Assembly (NCBI RefSeq): GCF_006345805.1
Contig: NW_021824839.1
Span: 1 to 64,000, forward strand
Direction of reading: 5' to 3'
Length of the DNA: 64,000 nt
From: Octopus sinensis
Lineage: Eukaryota
Shown: positions 40,886 through 53,970 of the stretch, piece by piece
How positions within the stretch are numbered: the stretch's first letter is position 1
How the letters are laid out: each line of letters begins with the position of its first letter
Notes under the pieces: generated by a model
What the model saw: only the letters and a program-made list of their open reading frames with translations
Databases searched by the model: none
What the model was told of the DNA's origin: nothing
Program-made: the position numbers and the translations under genes

Positions 40886-41583
40886 CAAGCTGTTATTTCT
40901 GTTAGAGCAAAAGACCACATAAAGAAAGAATTTGCAGGTTTTTTTCTCTCATTTTTCGGAACGCACACGATCAAACAAAATATTGGTTCATAAAGTGCAA
41001 AATAAATAAAAAAAGATAAAAAAGAATATCTCTTTTACTCTTTTATTTGTTTCAGACGTTTGACTGCGGCCATACTGGAACACCGCCTTTAGTGGAACTT
41101 ATTCTTTGTTAGCCTAGTGGGATTGAACCCGAAATATAGAAAAACAGACTTTTATTTCTTTTATTTGTTTCTGTCATTCGACTGTGGCCATGCTGGAACA
41201 CCGCTTTCAAAAGTTTAGTCGATTAATTAAACGATCTCAGTATATGTTCCTTTAAAATCTGGTACTCATTCGATAGGTCACTTTTACTGGATCTCTAAGT
41301 TACGGGGATGTAAACAAGCCAACACCGGTTGTCAAGCATTGGCGGTTGGAGCATAAACACAAACGCAAAGACACATGCACATTATTACACATGCATACAT
41401 AAATACATGTACACATAAATTAGTGTGTGTGTGTGTGAAGGTGCGTGACCCAGTGGTCTGTTCACCTAGCCAGCGGGGTGGCGTCACTCGAAGGCTATAA
41501 CGATACAAAGTACATTGTCACCAGCGATGTGTAACAACATCTGATAGTCTGGTCGATCACTTAATCAGGTGATATATATGTGA

Positions 41584-41614
<31 letters not shown>

Positions 41615-41637
41615 ATAATAATAATAATAATAAAATA

Positions 41638-41693
<56 letters not shown>

Positions 41694-42270
41694 ATATAAT
41701 ATATATACATACACACACCCACAACACATATATATATATAACAAGCTTCCACACAGTTTCCGTCCACCAAATTCACTCACGAGCCATTAAATTAACTCGA
41801 AACTTATATTATACATTGGAGAGATTTTCATACCCCTCAAAGTTTCATGGACGGGAAAACACGACCATTCTTTTTTTTCGGATATTCTGAAGCAAAGTGA
41901 AAGAGCAAAAAAAAAAAAATCAAAATGGCTTCTTTATTACAGAAATAACTTAACCTCGATTGGTCAATTCGGGCCACTCTGTTGTAGTGATTGATAACTC
42001 AGCGACATCAGATATAGCACTCCACGTGGAATTATTAATGCGTAAAGAAGTCTCCGTGAGTGAGCTTTATGAAATCTAATAATATATATTTTTTTAAGGT
42101 TGATCCTGTGGCGTGTTACTCTGGATCTTCTTCCTACGTTTGTTAAGAGCGATCCGACGCAAACGCAGCTTTGAATAAATGTTAGTTTACTCTAATTTCA
42201 GTACTGAGTGCTACTTTTGCGCTACATTTCAAATCATCAGTGCCGTGAACCCATAATCACCTCTTCTTTC

Positions 42271-42353
<83 letters not shown>

Positions 42354-42562
42354 GGTCTTTCCCACTTATTCATACATACATACATAGATACATAGATACA
42401 TACATACATACATACATAAATACATACATACATACATATATACATACATACATACATACATACATACTTACATACACACACTCATAAATACGTGTTCGTA
42501 TGTATGTGTGCATGTATGTACGTATATACACAAACATACATACATACATAATACATACATAC

Positions 42563-42603
<41 letters not shown>

Positions 42604-43444
42604 CACATATATATATGCACGCGTGTATTTGTATGTATACACACACACACATACACACATCTATGTGTGAGTGTGTGTGTGTGTATGTGTGAAATAATTG
42701 AACGAGTGTGACCGGTCACACTCAGCCACGTGACTATCGCGTTAATATTGTCCAACTAAGATATCACGGTAAATTGACATCCGTTGATGGAAGGAGTTGG
42801 AGAAAGTAGATCAGGGAAGATATGGGAAGGGGAAAAAACCAACAGAGAATTTAAAGAAGAATGTAAGTGGGGGGGCGATTAAAACCGGTCATGTATGTTT
42901 TAATATAACAATGACATTTTGATATCCCACAGCGTAATAAGATGTGGACAAGATGGCGAGTAAACACCAAACTTTAGCCTATTGTCCACCACAATGGCGG
43001 CTATTGTGATTGTAGAGGTGTATCGGTGGTTATATTAGTGATGGGGGTCGTGGTGGTGGCAGTGGTAATTGTGGTGATAGAGGTGTTGATGGCGGTGCCT
43101 GTACAGGCAGTGGTGGTGATGGTGGCGGCGGCGGTGGTGGTGGTGGTGGTGGTGGTGGTGGTGGTGGTGGTGGTGGTGGTGGTGGTGATGGTGTGGTAGT
43201 GGTGGTGGTGGTGGCGGTGGTGGCGGCGGTGGTGGTGGTGGCGGTGGTGGTGGTGGTGGTGATGCACTTAAAAATTGGAAATACGGAGTTTGCGATCACA
43301 GTGGATGTGTTGAATGAATGCAGATCTGATGTCTGTCGTTAATGATGTTTAACCCCAGGTGAGCCCTGACTGAGCAGACTTACGATGAATGACATTCCAG
43401 TCGTGACATCTCATTGTTTTCTTATAATTATTATTATTTGTTTG

Positions 43445-43800
43445 TTAGACGGCGAGCTGGCAGAAACGTTAGCAAGCCGCTACGTTCTGAGTTCAAATTC
43501 CGCCGAGGTCGACTTTGCCTTTCATCCTTTTGGGGTCGATTAAATAAGTACCAGTTACGCTCTGGGGTCGATATAATCGACTTAATCCGTTTGTCTGTCC
43601 TTGTTTGTTCTCTCTGTGTTTAGCCCCATGTGGGTAGTAAAGAAATAGGTATTTCGTCTGCCGTTACGTTGTGAGTTCAAATTCCGCCGAGGTCGACTTT
43701 GCCTTTCATCCTTTCGAGGTCAATAAATTCCAGTGAAACACTTGGGACTATGTTATCGACTAGTCCCCTGCCCCCAAATGTCAGGCCTTGTACCTTGTAC
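43445..43800 (+). mobile_element. SINE family B dimer
   Basis: A long-tail unit joined through GAAATAGGTATTTCG to a short-tail unit. Confidence 0.88.
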
Positions 43801-44119
43801 CTTTACACAAAGATGTAAGCCCAAGGACTTAACGAACTTTTTACCTTTTTCCCTTTTTATCCGTGTTCTTGTCCTTTTTCCTTTTTCCTTTTTCTCCTTT
43901 CTATATTCGTCCGATAAACTCTAAATCATTCTGACGATGTTTGTTACATGGAACGAGATAAATGCAAATTTACCTCAAAAATAACAAACTGAAACAGCTG
44001 TAAATGTTATTTGAACTACAATTAAACTAAGAACATTTAATACCAATGATCGACTTCTAATTGTTAATTGTTGTTCCATTTCTTTTCTCATATATATATA
44101 TAGATACTACATACATACA

Positions 44120-44221
<102 letters not shown>

Positions 44222-44760
44222 ATACAGTATATTCGCATATTCGCGGTTCGGCATTCGCGGTTCCTGTTATTCGCGAACTAATAATTGTTCGCAGAAACCA
44301 CCGCATATTCGCGGAAACGTAAATATCGTTCGCGATTTTTCTATGGGAATTTTCGTGGCAATATATACTTTTTCACATTTTTTAAGGCTTAATTATCGAT
44401 AAGAATATACTGCATTTCCAGAAACGGTTTAAAATAAAGTTTGTTTCCCTTCATGGAGAGACAGCATCAGCTGACAAGAAGCTTGAAACCTTCAGGTAGA
44501 TCATTGAAGACAACGGATACAAGCCGGAACAGGTTTTCAGTATGGACGAGATTGGCTTGTTCTGGAAGAACGGACATCACGAAGGAAAAAGCTAGAGCCC
44601 TAGTATTTAGGGTACAAATGGACAGAGTGATGCTAATTATGTGTGGCAAAGCTGCTGGCTTCAGGATTATTTACAAGTCCGTGAACCCTAAGGCATTCAA
44701 AATTAAGAAAAAAACCTTCTGCCTGTCCATTGGATGCACAAATCCAAGGCTTGGATTACA
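44222..44760 (+). mobile_element. Tigger/pogo remnant
   Basis: A Tigger-like start (tacagtatattcgc..attcgcgg), then degraded DDE_1 motifs across frames: GYKPEQVFSMDEIGLFWK, DRVMLIMCGKAAG, IYKSVNPKAFK. Confidence 0.7.
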
Positions 44761-44796
44761 GACAGACAGACACACAAATAAATAGATGAGATAGAT

Positions 44797-44840
<44 letters not shown>

Positions 44841-44869
44841 GTAGGTAGGTAGGTAGATAGATAGATAGA

Positions 44870-44904
<35 letters not shown>

Positions 44905-44906
<2 letters not shown>

Positions 44907-47886
44907 GTTTTTCTTTCTTTATTAGCCACACAGGGCTGCACACAGATAGAACAATTACAAGTGAGCTTGAAGGTTTAAAAAAAAAAAAAAGGAAGGGGGA
45001 GTTTCGATCAAAGGGATCGTAAAAGGAGAGAAGAGGACAAAAAAGGGGGGTTAAAAAAAAGGGGGAGAGGAAAAAAAATTGGATCAATAGGGATCGTTAT
45101 CACAGAAATGTCAATATGAAGTGTAAGGGGAGGACAGGTGAGGTTACTACCCGTGGAAAGAAAAGCCTACGGAAAAGACCACGGTACCTCGGTCAATGGA
45201 GTCACATGTTATATTTCTTTTTTTTTTTTTTTTGCGAATAAGCAACTCTCTGTTTTCAATTTCTGGGTTCATAGGATCATGCTCAGGGTGGCTTCGTCAT
45301 TCATACGTGCCATTCTTGCTACATTCACCCATCTTTTTTTAAAACATTCGCTAGACAAACTTCCTTTCTCTACTCTCACGTTCCTTTTCAAGTGGTACTT
45401 GAAGAGTTGATGAGAGATTGACCAGAGAGGAAAGTGTTTGTCTCCAATCCTTTCAGACGCGTCCACCAGATACATTCTTTCGCCATAGCCACCCAAGGAT
45501 GATGAAAATAGCTCTTCCTTTCCCGTTTGAAGGAAGGAGGCGTGACAATATTGACGATAGACTCAGCTGATAAACCGACTCGTCCCACACGTGACAGCAG
45601 TTGTTCGACATAAGCCCAAGGTCGGAAATTGTTGGACACTGCACGAGTGCGTGCAGAACGGTTTTCGTCGCACTGACCGCATCTCGGCAGGTCGGCCCCG
45701 TGTTTTCTCGAGCCGTGTCTGTAGAGCTTATCCCGAACGGGTAGCGCTTCTCGGTAGCACTGCAGGCCGGGATCTCTGGAAGTTGTCCATGGGACCTGGC
45801 CCGAAAGTCGTCCTGAACAGGCGGGTCAGGTACTCCTCGTCGACGTCCAGGTTCGCCCCGAGCTCGTCGTCGTACCTCCCCTCCACTAAACCCCTATAGA
45901 ATGCTTTGGTTGTGTTGAAGTCACTCAAGGTCGACCCAGGACGGCAGAGTTGCTTGAGGGCAACGCGACACTCGCGGTGCCATTCGCCCTTCCCTCGGCC
46001 TCTTTTTGATCCACGACTGCAGTTCGCGTCATGGAGACGAGCTGCGGGAAAGCGTGCCTCACAAACGGCGACCACACCTGTTCACCGTCGTCTACATAGA
46101 GCCAGAGATGTCGCAGTCTCAGCGCGTGTCTGCGCATCATCAACCACGGCATGCCCAGCCCTCCTTTTAACGGGTGTTGACAGCAATGGATCGCCTGACC
46201 ATCGGGACGCATCCTTTCCACAAGAAGCGAAAGAGAATGCGTTGTAGTTTGGTGATGGTAGGGTCGGGACAGGTACGACGGTCAGGCGGTAGGAGATGAC
46301 GGACGCGATGTACGTGTTTCGCCACCTCCACCCCGACCTTTTAGGGACAGTTTCCTCTCGGCCCATTGCCGGGCGAGAGTGACCACCCTACTCGTTGTCT
46401 CGTTCCAGTTCTCTCTCCACTTGGAGGTCCGGACCAACCCGACCCCGAGCAACTCAACCGGGCCGTCGGTCCAGCGTCCCACGACGGAGGCGCTGGTGGA
46501 CGGCATGGGCTTGCTTCTTCCCAGGTGCCTAGTCGCAAGCCCACTGACTTTTCCCCGGTTGATTTTCGCTCCTGTCACCGCTTTCGTAGTTTTTTCAGTG
46601 TCTCGCCGACCTGCTCGATGTGGCTAGACACTATGACGGTGACGTCGTCCCGCGTATGCAGACACGCTCGTCCCGCATCCCAGTTCTCGCGGGATGCCTC
46701 TCAAGGTTGCCAGCTTCCGCAATAATGCTCGAGAGTCAATACGTATAGAAGCGACGAGAGGGGGCATCCCTGACGGACCGAACGTGCGATGTCGAAGGGT
46801 CTCGATAGATGTCCATTCACCGAATTACCGACGGATGCCTCTGTACAAAGCGGCTATCCAGCCGCGGAAGACGGACCGAAGCAGCCGCTCCGAGGACCAC
46901 TTCCAAGTATCGATGGTCCCCCCTATCGAAAGCTTTCGATTGATCCAAATTGATCAGCGCCCCACCCATGCCATGTTCGTTAACTACCCTGTCTATGATG
47001 TAGCGCATCAGGTGGAGGTTGTCATGAATGGTCCGGCCTGGCACAGCGCATGTTTGCGCCTTGTCGACCAGTTTCTCGATGACAAGCGCCAACCTCTTGG
47101 CTAGCACTTTGGCCAATTTTCAAGTCTGCATTAAGCAGAGTGAATGGGCCTAAAGTTATCTATTACATTTCCCTTGTTTAGATCTTTCTTCAGCAGTGTT
47201 ACGGCTCCTCGGCTCACAAAACCAGGAATGCTCCCGTTTTGCTGCCAGTTGCAGTACACCGCGCCCCAAGAGATCCCAAACAAGTCTGGCATACAATTGT
47301 AAAGCTCGTAGGGTAGACCATCCAAACCCGGTGATTTGTCCCTCGAGCATTCTGCCATCGCTTCCTGCACTTCCGCCGCCGCCGTGATGGCACTTCGCAG
47401 CACCCTGCCTTTCTTGTCGAGAGTCGTGGTAGGCTATGTAGGTAGGCACTGAAGTCCACCCTACGTTTCTTGCCCTCCACTCGTTCCGAACAGTCGGGCA
47501 AAATGCTGCTGAAAGGCCTCACACATTTTACTTGGCTCGAGCAATTCGCGCCCCTGTTCATCTACCAGGGAGCGAATGGTGGCTTTGTTGCCCTGTTGCA
47601 CCTCTGCCACCCGGGCCTCTCTCGCGGCTCCAACACCTTCGTTCCTTAGAGCACGCATCCTAGCTCTGACATCACATCCTTCGTGTTTGGCGTTGAAGTG
47701 TTGGTCGAGGGCCAACCTCGCCGCCAAAACGTCGGATGCGATGCCGCTTCTAATTGCCTCTTCTAGCTTCTTAACTAGCTCACCCTCTACTCTATTTCTA
47801 TCTATGGCTAGTGCTTTGCTGTACCTAATCGCTTCTGCTTTTACTGCTCTCTTGAGGGCAAACCACCATTTGTTGTTGATGATGGT
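44905..47886 (-). mobile_element. 5'-truncated, frameshifted Tx1/L1-clade non-LTR retrotransposon (ORF2 RT to zinc finger, 3'UTR, AATAAA)
   Basis: Minus-strand frames give consecutive L1/Tx1 ORF2 motifs: KSPGLDGLPYELY, NFRPI, KVLAKRL, QTCAVPGRTIHDN, LDQSKAFDR, QGCPLS, a degraded YADD region, GAKIN, GGLGMP, a CPxC..ETVxHALVQC zinc finger, and a stop at about 45269. These are followed by a pyrimidine-rich 3'UTR and AATAAA (44918-44923). The segment is GC-rich relative to its flanks. Confidence 0.92.
45269..47886 (-). pseudogene. Disrupted ORF2 (reverse transcriptase) of the Tx1-like element
   Basis: RT motifs are split across many short ORFs (47461-47991, 47131-47403, 46817-47116, 46282-46578, 45925-46221, 45728-46075, 45388-45639, 45269-45496), implying multiple frameshifts. 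The endonuclease is missing because of 5' truncation. Confidence 0.88.
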
Positions 47887-47909
47887 AGATAGATAGGTAT
47901 GTAGGTAGA

Positions 47910-48145
47910 AAGGCGGCGAGCTGGCAGAAACGTTAGCACGCCGGGCGAAATAATTATCGATATTTCGTCTGCCGCTACGTTCTGAGTTCAAATTCCGCCG
48001 AGGTCGACTTTACCTTTCATTCTTTCGGGGTCGATAAATTAAGTACCAGTTACGTACTGGGGTCGATGTAATCGACTTAACCCGTTTGTCTGTCCTTGTT
48101 TGTCCCTTCTATGTTTAGCCCCTTGTGGGCAATAAAGAAATAAGA
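47910..48145 (+). mobile_element. SINE family B inserted in the (GATA)n tract at the Tx1 5' junction
   Basis: Full-length B copy with GATA-type repeats on both sides. Confidence 0.92.
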
Positions 48146-48151
48146 TGGATG

Positions 48152-48195
<44 letters not shown>

Positions 48196-48936
48196 GATAG
48201 ATAGAGAGATAGATAGATAGATAGATAGATATGCAAGCACTCGCACACGTGCATCACATGCCCTTATTCACACACACACACACACACCACACACACACAC
48301 ACACACACACGCACACACACTCACACACACACATACACACACGCACTAACATAGGCACAAGCACCCAGATACACACAAATTTACATAACTATCAACATCC
48401 ACTCACACTAACCTTTGCATATGCATACATCCGCGTACACACGCGAGCGTTTGCACGCGTCTCCCCGTGTGTTCCTAAGTATATTCCTGTATCCGAGAAC
48501 GTTTCTGTCTGTGCGTTATGGTTGGTGCTATATTTTCTTTAACTATGTGAATTGTATGATAATTCCAACGCCCTAAAACTGTACTTGCATTCTTTAAAGA
48601 AAGGACCTCGCCTATGTTTTTCCAACCTAATTTTATGGGAAATAGAGTGACATATTTTCCCTGTCCTAGGGAGAAAAAAAAAATCTGTTGTCTGTCTTAA
48701 TTATTTTTATCCATAATTAATCACAAAATAAAGCTATTTATGTTTATTGTTTTATATATAATAATCAGTGCTGTGTCTGATGTGATTTTATCATGACACT
48801 TGATGTTAACACCTCTCACCGAAATAATTTTATTATCTGTTCCACTTATATAATTAGACACACACGTGCATGCGCGCACACATAGACACACGAATACACA
48901 CACACACACATACACACATATATAAATGCATATATC

Positions 48937-48970
<34 letters not shown>

Positions 48971-49102
48971 ATGTATATATATATATACTTACACATTCTT
49001 ATTTTACCAGGTTATCTCTCTCATATCACACGTGACACACACACATAACTATATACATATATATGTACATTTATATTTATATTATATATATATATATTAT
49101 AT

Positions 49103-49133
<31 letters not shown>

Positions 49134-49388
49134 GTGCGTGTGTATGTGTGTATGTATACATGAATATATATACATATATATAGACATATATATATATATT
49201 GAGAGAGAGAGAGAGAAAAAGAGAGACATACACACACACACACACACCACACACACACACATATATATATATATATTACATAGACATAAATATATATATA
49301 TATACATATATATATTTATATACATACCTCTCTCTCTATATATACATATATATATACACACACACACACACGCGCACACACACACGCG

Positions 49389-49426
<38 letters not shown>

Positions 49427-49579
49427 ATCAAAAAAGAAACTGGAGATAACGGAATAACTAGAAATGTACGTATTTGTACACGTATGTGCCTGTGTGTCTG
49501 TGTGTCTGTGTGTGAATGTGTGCGGGTGTATCTAATTATATAAACAAAACAGATAATTAAATTACCTATCAAAATTCTA

Positions 49580-49896
49580 TATGTTTGTATGTATGTATGT
49601 ATGTAATTATATATGTGCGTGCGTTTGTGGCGTGTGTGTGTGTGTGTGCGTGTGTGTATATGTGTGTGTATGTATGTATGTATGTATGTATGTATGTATG
49701 TATGTATGAATGTATGTATGTATGTATGAATGTATGTATGAATGTATGTATGTATGTATGTATGTATGTATGTATGAATGTATGTATGTATGTATGAATG
49801 TATGTATGTATGTATGTATGTATGTATGTATGTATGTATGTATGTATGTATGAATGTATGAATGTATGTATGTATGTATGTATGTATGAATGTATG

Positions 49897-49930
<34 letters not shown>

Positions 49931-50235
49931 TGTATGTATGAATGTATGAATGTATGTATGTATGTATGAATGTATGTATGTATGTACGTATGTATGTATG
50001 TATTTATGTATGTACGTATGTATGTATGTATTTATGTATGTATGTATGTATGTATGTATTTATGTATGTACGTATGTATGTATGTATTTATGTATGTATG
50101 TATGTATGTATGTATGTATTTATGTATGTATGTATGTATGTATGTATTTATGTATGTATGTATGAATGTATGTATGTATGTATGTATGTATTTATGTATG
50201 TATGTATGTATGTATTTATGTATGTATGTATGTAT
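49580..50235. repeat. Long (ATGT)n microsatellite with ATGA/ATTT variants
   Basis: Direct inspection. Confidence 0.97.
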
Positions 50236-50403
50236 AATGATGAAGACTTGCACCGAGATATCCGGTTGCTTCTTCATAAGCTTTCTTTCTTGTTTTTGTT
50301 CGTTTTTTCTTCTTTTCTGTATCATCCTTAAGTGTGAGCCTTTGTTTTTTCACACGTAACTTCAGTTATACAATTCCATATCTGCAATATATATATATAT
50401 ATA

Positions 50404-50600
50404 CTTTATTTAAAAGCAGCAGAAATTCAACAAAACTGTCCGACGAACGGGAACGTGAAACTCCGAGTAACAGGTTTTTGTTGAATTTCTGCTGCTTTTA
50501 AATAAAGCATATTACCCTACCCCTGGTATTTGAGTACTCTTTTTTCCACCTTGTTTCATATTTATGTGTTTACTCCGGTATATATATATATATATATATA
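50404..50600 (+). mobile_element. Penelope-like pLTR remnant with hammerhead (U4C variant) and ~32-bp inverted arm
   Basis: CTGT-CCGACGA-ACG(GGAA)CGT-GAA-ACTC(C)GAGT-A-ACAG at 50436-50473. 50404-50435 is the reverse complement of 50475-50507. Confidence 0.7.
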
Positions 50601-50696
50601 TTTATAAATATATCGATTCGTGTATGCGTGTATACATACATACTTGCGTACATAAATACATGTACATGTATGTATGTGTGTATGTATGTGTGTATG

Positions 50697-50730
<34 letters not shown>

Positions 50731-50830
50731 TGTATGTATGTATGTATCTATCTATCTATCTATCTATATCTATCTATCTATCTATTCATCTATCTATCCA
50801 TCTATCAATCTATCTATCTATCTATCTATC

Positions 50831-51322
50831 TGGTGGACGCGTCTGAAAGGATTGGAGACAAACACTTTCCTCTCTGGTCAATCTCTCATCAACTTCTTCA
50901 AGTACCACTTGAAAAGGAAAGTGAGAGTAGAGAGGCAAGTTTTGTCTAGCGAATGTTTTAAAAAAAGATGGGTGAATGTAGCAAGAATGGCACGTATGAA
51001 TGACGAAGCCACCTTGAGCATAGTCCTATGAACCCAGAAATCGAAAACAGAGAGTTGCTTATTTGCAAAAAAAAAAAAAAAAAAGAAATATAAAATGTGA
51101 CTTCATTGACCGAGGTTACGTGGTCTTTCCGCAGGCTTTTCTTTCACGGGTAAACCTCACCTGTCCTCCCCTTTACACTTCATATTGACATTTCTGTGAT
51201 AACGATCCCTATTGATCATTTTTTTTTTTTCCTCCCCCCCCCTTTTTTTTTTTTTTTTTTAACCCCCCTTATTTTTGTCCCTTTCTCTCCTTTTACGATC
51301 CCTTTTGATCGAACCTCCCCTT

Positions 51323-51359
<37 letters not shown>

Positions 51360-51430
51360 CCTTCAAAAGAAAAGCTCTACCTTGTAATTTTTCTATCTGT
51401 GTGCAGCCCTGTGTGGCTAATAAAGAAACA
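50831..51430 (+). mobile_element. Second copy (3' ~600 bp) of the same Tx1-like element
   Basis: Encodes WWTRLKGLETNTFLSGQSLINFFKYHLKRKVRVE...DEATLSIVL*, then the same 3'UTR and AATAAA (51419-51424) as the reverse complement of 44905-45480. Confidence 0.95.
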
Positions 51431-51478
<48 letters not shown>

Positions 51479-51567
51479 CATCTATCTATCTGTCTTTCTA
51501 TCTATCCGTCCATCTATTCATCTATCTAGCCATCTATCCATCCATCCATCCATCCATCCATCCACCC

Positions 51568-51636
<69 letters not shown>

Positions 51637-51791
51637 CCTACCTATCTATCTATCTATCTATCCATCTATCCATCTATCTATCTATCTATCTATCTATCCA
51701 TCTATCCATCTATCTATCTGTCTTTCTATCTATCCGTCCATCTATTCATCTATCTAGCCATCTATCCATCCATCCATCCATCCATCCACCC

Positions 51792-51854
<63 letters not shown>

Positions 51855-51935
51855 CATCTATCCATCTATCTATCTGTCTTTCTATCTATCCGTCCATCTA
51901 TTCATCTATCCATCCATCCATCCATCCATCCACCC

Positions 51936-51998
<63 letters not shown>

Positions 51999-52079
51999 CA
52001 TCTATCCATCTATCTATCTGTCTTTCTATCTATCCGTCCATCTATTCATCTATCCATCCATCCATCCACCCATCCACCC

Positions 52080-52153
<74 letters not shown>

Positions 52154-52155
52154 GT
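51431..52155. repeat. (ATCT/ATCC)n array with a higher-order repeat
   Basis: The marker CTGTCTTTCTATCTATCCGTCC recurs four times, at about 51490, 51718, 51873 and 52018. Confidence 0.93.
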
Positions 52156-52451
52156 CTTTCTCTTTCGCTCTCCCCCTCTCTTTATCTATATATATATATA
52201 TGTATATACATACACACACATATGCATAAACATGAATAAATATATATACATTAAACGTGTTTTTTTAAAGCATTTGTGTTTATGCATATATTGTTTATGC
52301 GTTCACACAATCAATTAATGAAACTCTGAGATAGTTATTTGATAGAACGATACTCATAAAGTACAACAGTGTGTGTGCGTGTATAGATAAATACACACAG
52401 ACACACATTGTTGTACTCAGTATATATATATATATACACACACACACACAT

Positions 52452-53100
52452 ACAGTGTATCCACCAAAATTATACACCGTTTAACAGCTGATAAGTCACT
52501 CAATTCTTTTCATATTCGACCTATTAGAATCAATGTAGCGAACCAGGCTAAGCTTTGAACGAAATAATTTTATTCTGAAGTGCTGCTACTGGAAATTAGA
52601 AAAGTCAATTTAAGCAATTCCGAAAACAGATCCACCAACGCGATTTAGCATCACTCGAATTAGAAATGAGTTCCAAGCAGATGGGATTGTTTCAGAATGT
52701 TGGAATTAAACGTTCTGGAAAACGGGCGACACAGACGAGTCCCACGAAGCAGGAAAGTGTATAAGAATTGTATTGCAATATTTCAAGAAAATCAATGCAG
52801 AAGGAGTATCATGAGATGGAGGTTTCGATATCAAGCATCCAACGCATTATGAAGCGCTGTCATTAGAAAAGCTACATCTTAAGAATAGTCCATGCTTTCA
52901 TTGAAGAGTGGAGTCTTGTGAGCGGTACTTTGCAACATATATACTTGATGCAAAATTTCAAAGAAGATTTTTTTTGTAGTGATGATGCTATATCTAAATT
53001 AAACGGGCCTCAATTGGAAACCTGAGAATCTGTATATTACAGGAGAACATTATGTTAATTTACCGGGAGTTACAGTATGGTATAGTTTACCATCAAGAAA
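52452..53100 (+). mobile_element. Highly degraded Tc1/mariner-superfamily transposase remnant
   Basis: Starts TACAGTGTATCCACCAAA. Scattered motifs (KRSGK, SSIQRIMK, IVHA, DDA..KLNG, VNLPGVTVW) resemble Tc1/mariner-superfamily transposases. Many stops. Confidence 0.5.
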
Positions 53101-53129
53101 CTTTTTCTTCACCCACTCCCTTCCAGTCA

Positions 53130-53333
53130 TTTCAATATATGACCGCGTGTGTATCGTTGGCGATTTTCTTTCTCCGTCTTCCCTTCTTTGGACTTTTTCT
53201 ATATTTCTGATGAAGAGCTCCGCTCGAAACGTGAAATCCCCTTTCTTTTCTTTCCTTTCCTGAGCGTCCAATAACACTACTTATTCTATTTCCTTACGTT
53301 GTTTGTTTTTTCTTGCTTGTTCATGTTTGGATT

Positions 53334-53340
<7 letters not shown>
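53130..53340 (+). mobile_element. Penelope-like pLTR remnant with degenerate hammerhead (GAGC-tcc-GCTC family)
   Basis: ATTT-CTGATGA-A-GAGC(TCC)GCTC-GAAACGT-G-AAAT at 53203-53237. The downstream tail is shared with 23700-23820 and more loosely with 5555-5680. Confidence 0.65.
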
Positions 53341-53376
<36 letters not shown>

Positions 53377-53519
53377 CATATAGATGAGTGAGTTATCATG
53401 ACCACGAAACTTTAAGTAACATGAAGAGCTAAGTGAATTTGATACTCAATAAACACAAATCCAGCAATACATGCGGAGTGTGGTGCTACATCCATTAGTT
53501 TGCTCACTCACTCAATATA

Positions 53520-53970
53520 CAGGGTTGGCCAAAAGTCACCTGACAGTAAATCAAACCCATTTAATTCCAAGATTTATTTATGTTTAACAACTGAATGAAT
53601 TTAATAAAAGCATCTGAATATGAAACATAAGGAAAAATTATTTACATTATTTACATTCGACGGATATTTGTTCTCATCTTGTTTGTTGTTAACACAACCC
53701 AGGTTCGAAATTTCCCCAAGACACCTGATGAAGGCTGGAGGGTATATCAGCCGAAAAGTTGTGTTAACAACAAACACGATGAAGACAAATATCCGTCGAA
53801 TGTAAATAATGTACATAATTCCTCATCTCTGAAATATAGAACAATAAGGGAAAATTGTTCAAGCTGAAGTCCTTCATGAGCAACACATTTTCCCGTTCGA
53901 GTCAATACAGACTCATAGATAGTATTTACGAAATTTTGATTTACTGTCGGGTGACTTTTGGCCAACCCTG
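53520..53970. mobile_element. Tc1/mariner-type MITE
   Basis: TIRs CAGGGTTGGCCAAAAGTCACC..., TA on both sides, interrupted by a Penelope-like remnant. Confidence 0.85.
53637..53830 (+). mobile_element. Penelope-like inverted pLTR with hammerhead (stem III mutated), nested in a TcMar MITE
   Basis: GACAC-CTGATGA-AGGCTG..CAGCC-GAAAAGTT-GTGTT at 53720-53765. 53637-53695 is an inverted copy of 53761-53819. Confidence 0.75.

Noticed and set aside
42085-42185. Possible minus-strand exon LRLRRIALNKRRKKIQSNTPQDQP*
   Set aside because: Weak acceptor, short, and no recognisable homology.
43920-43965. CTGACGA..TGT/ACA..GGAAC possible hammerhead
   Set aside because: The core and stem III are too degenerate to support.
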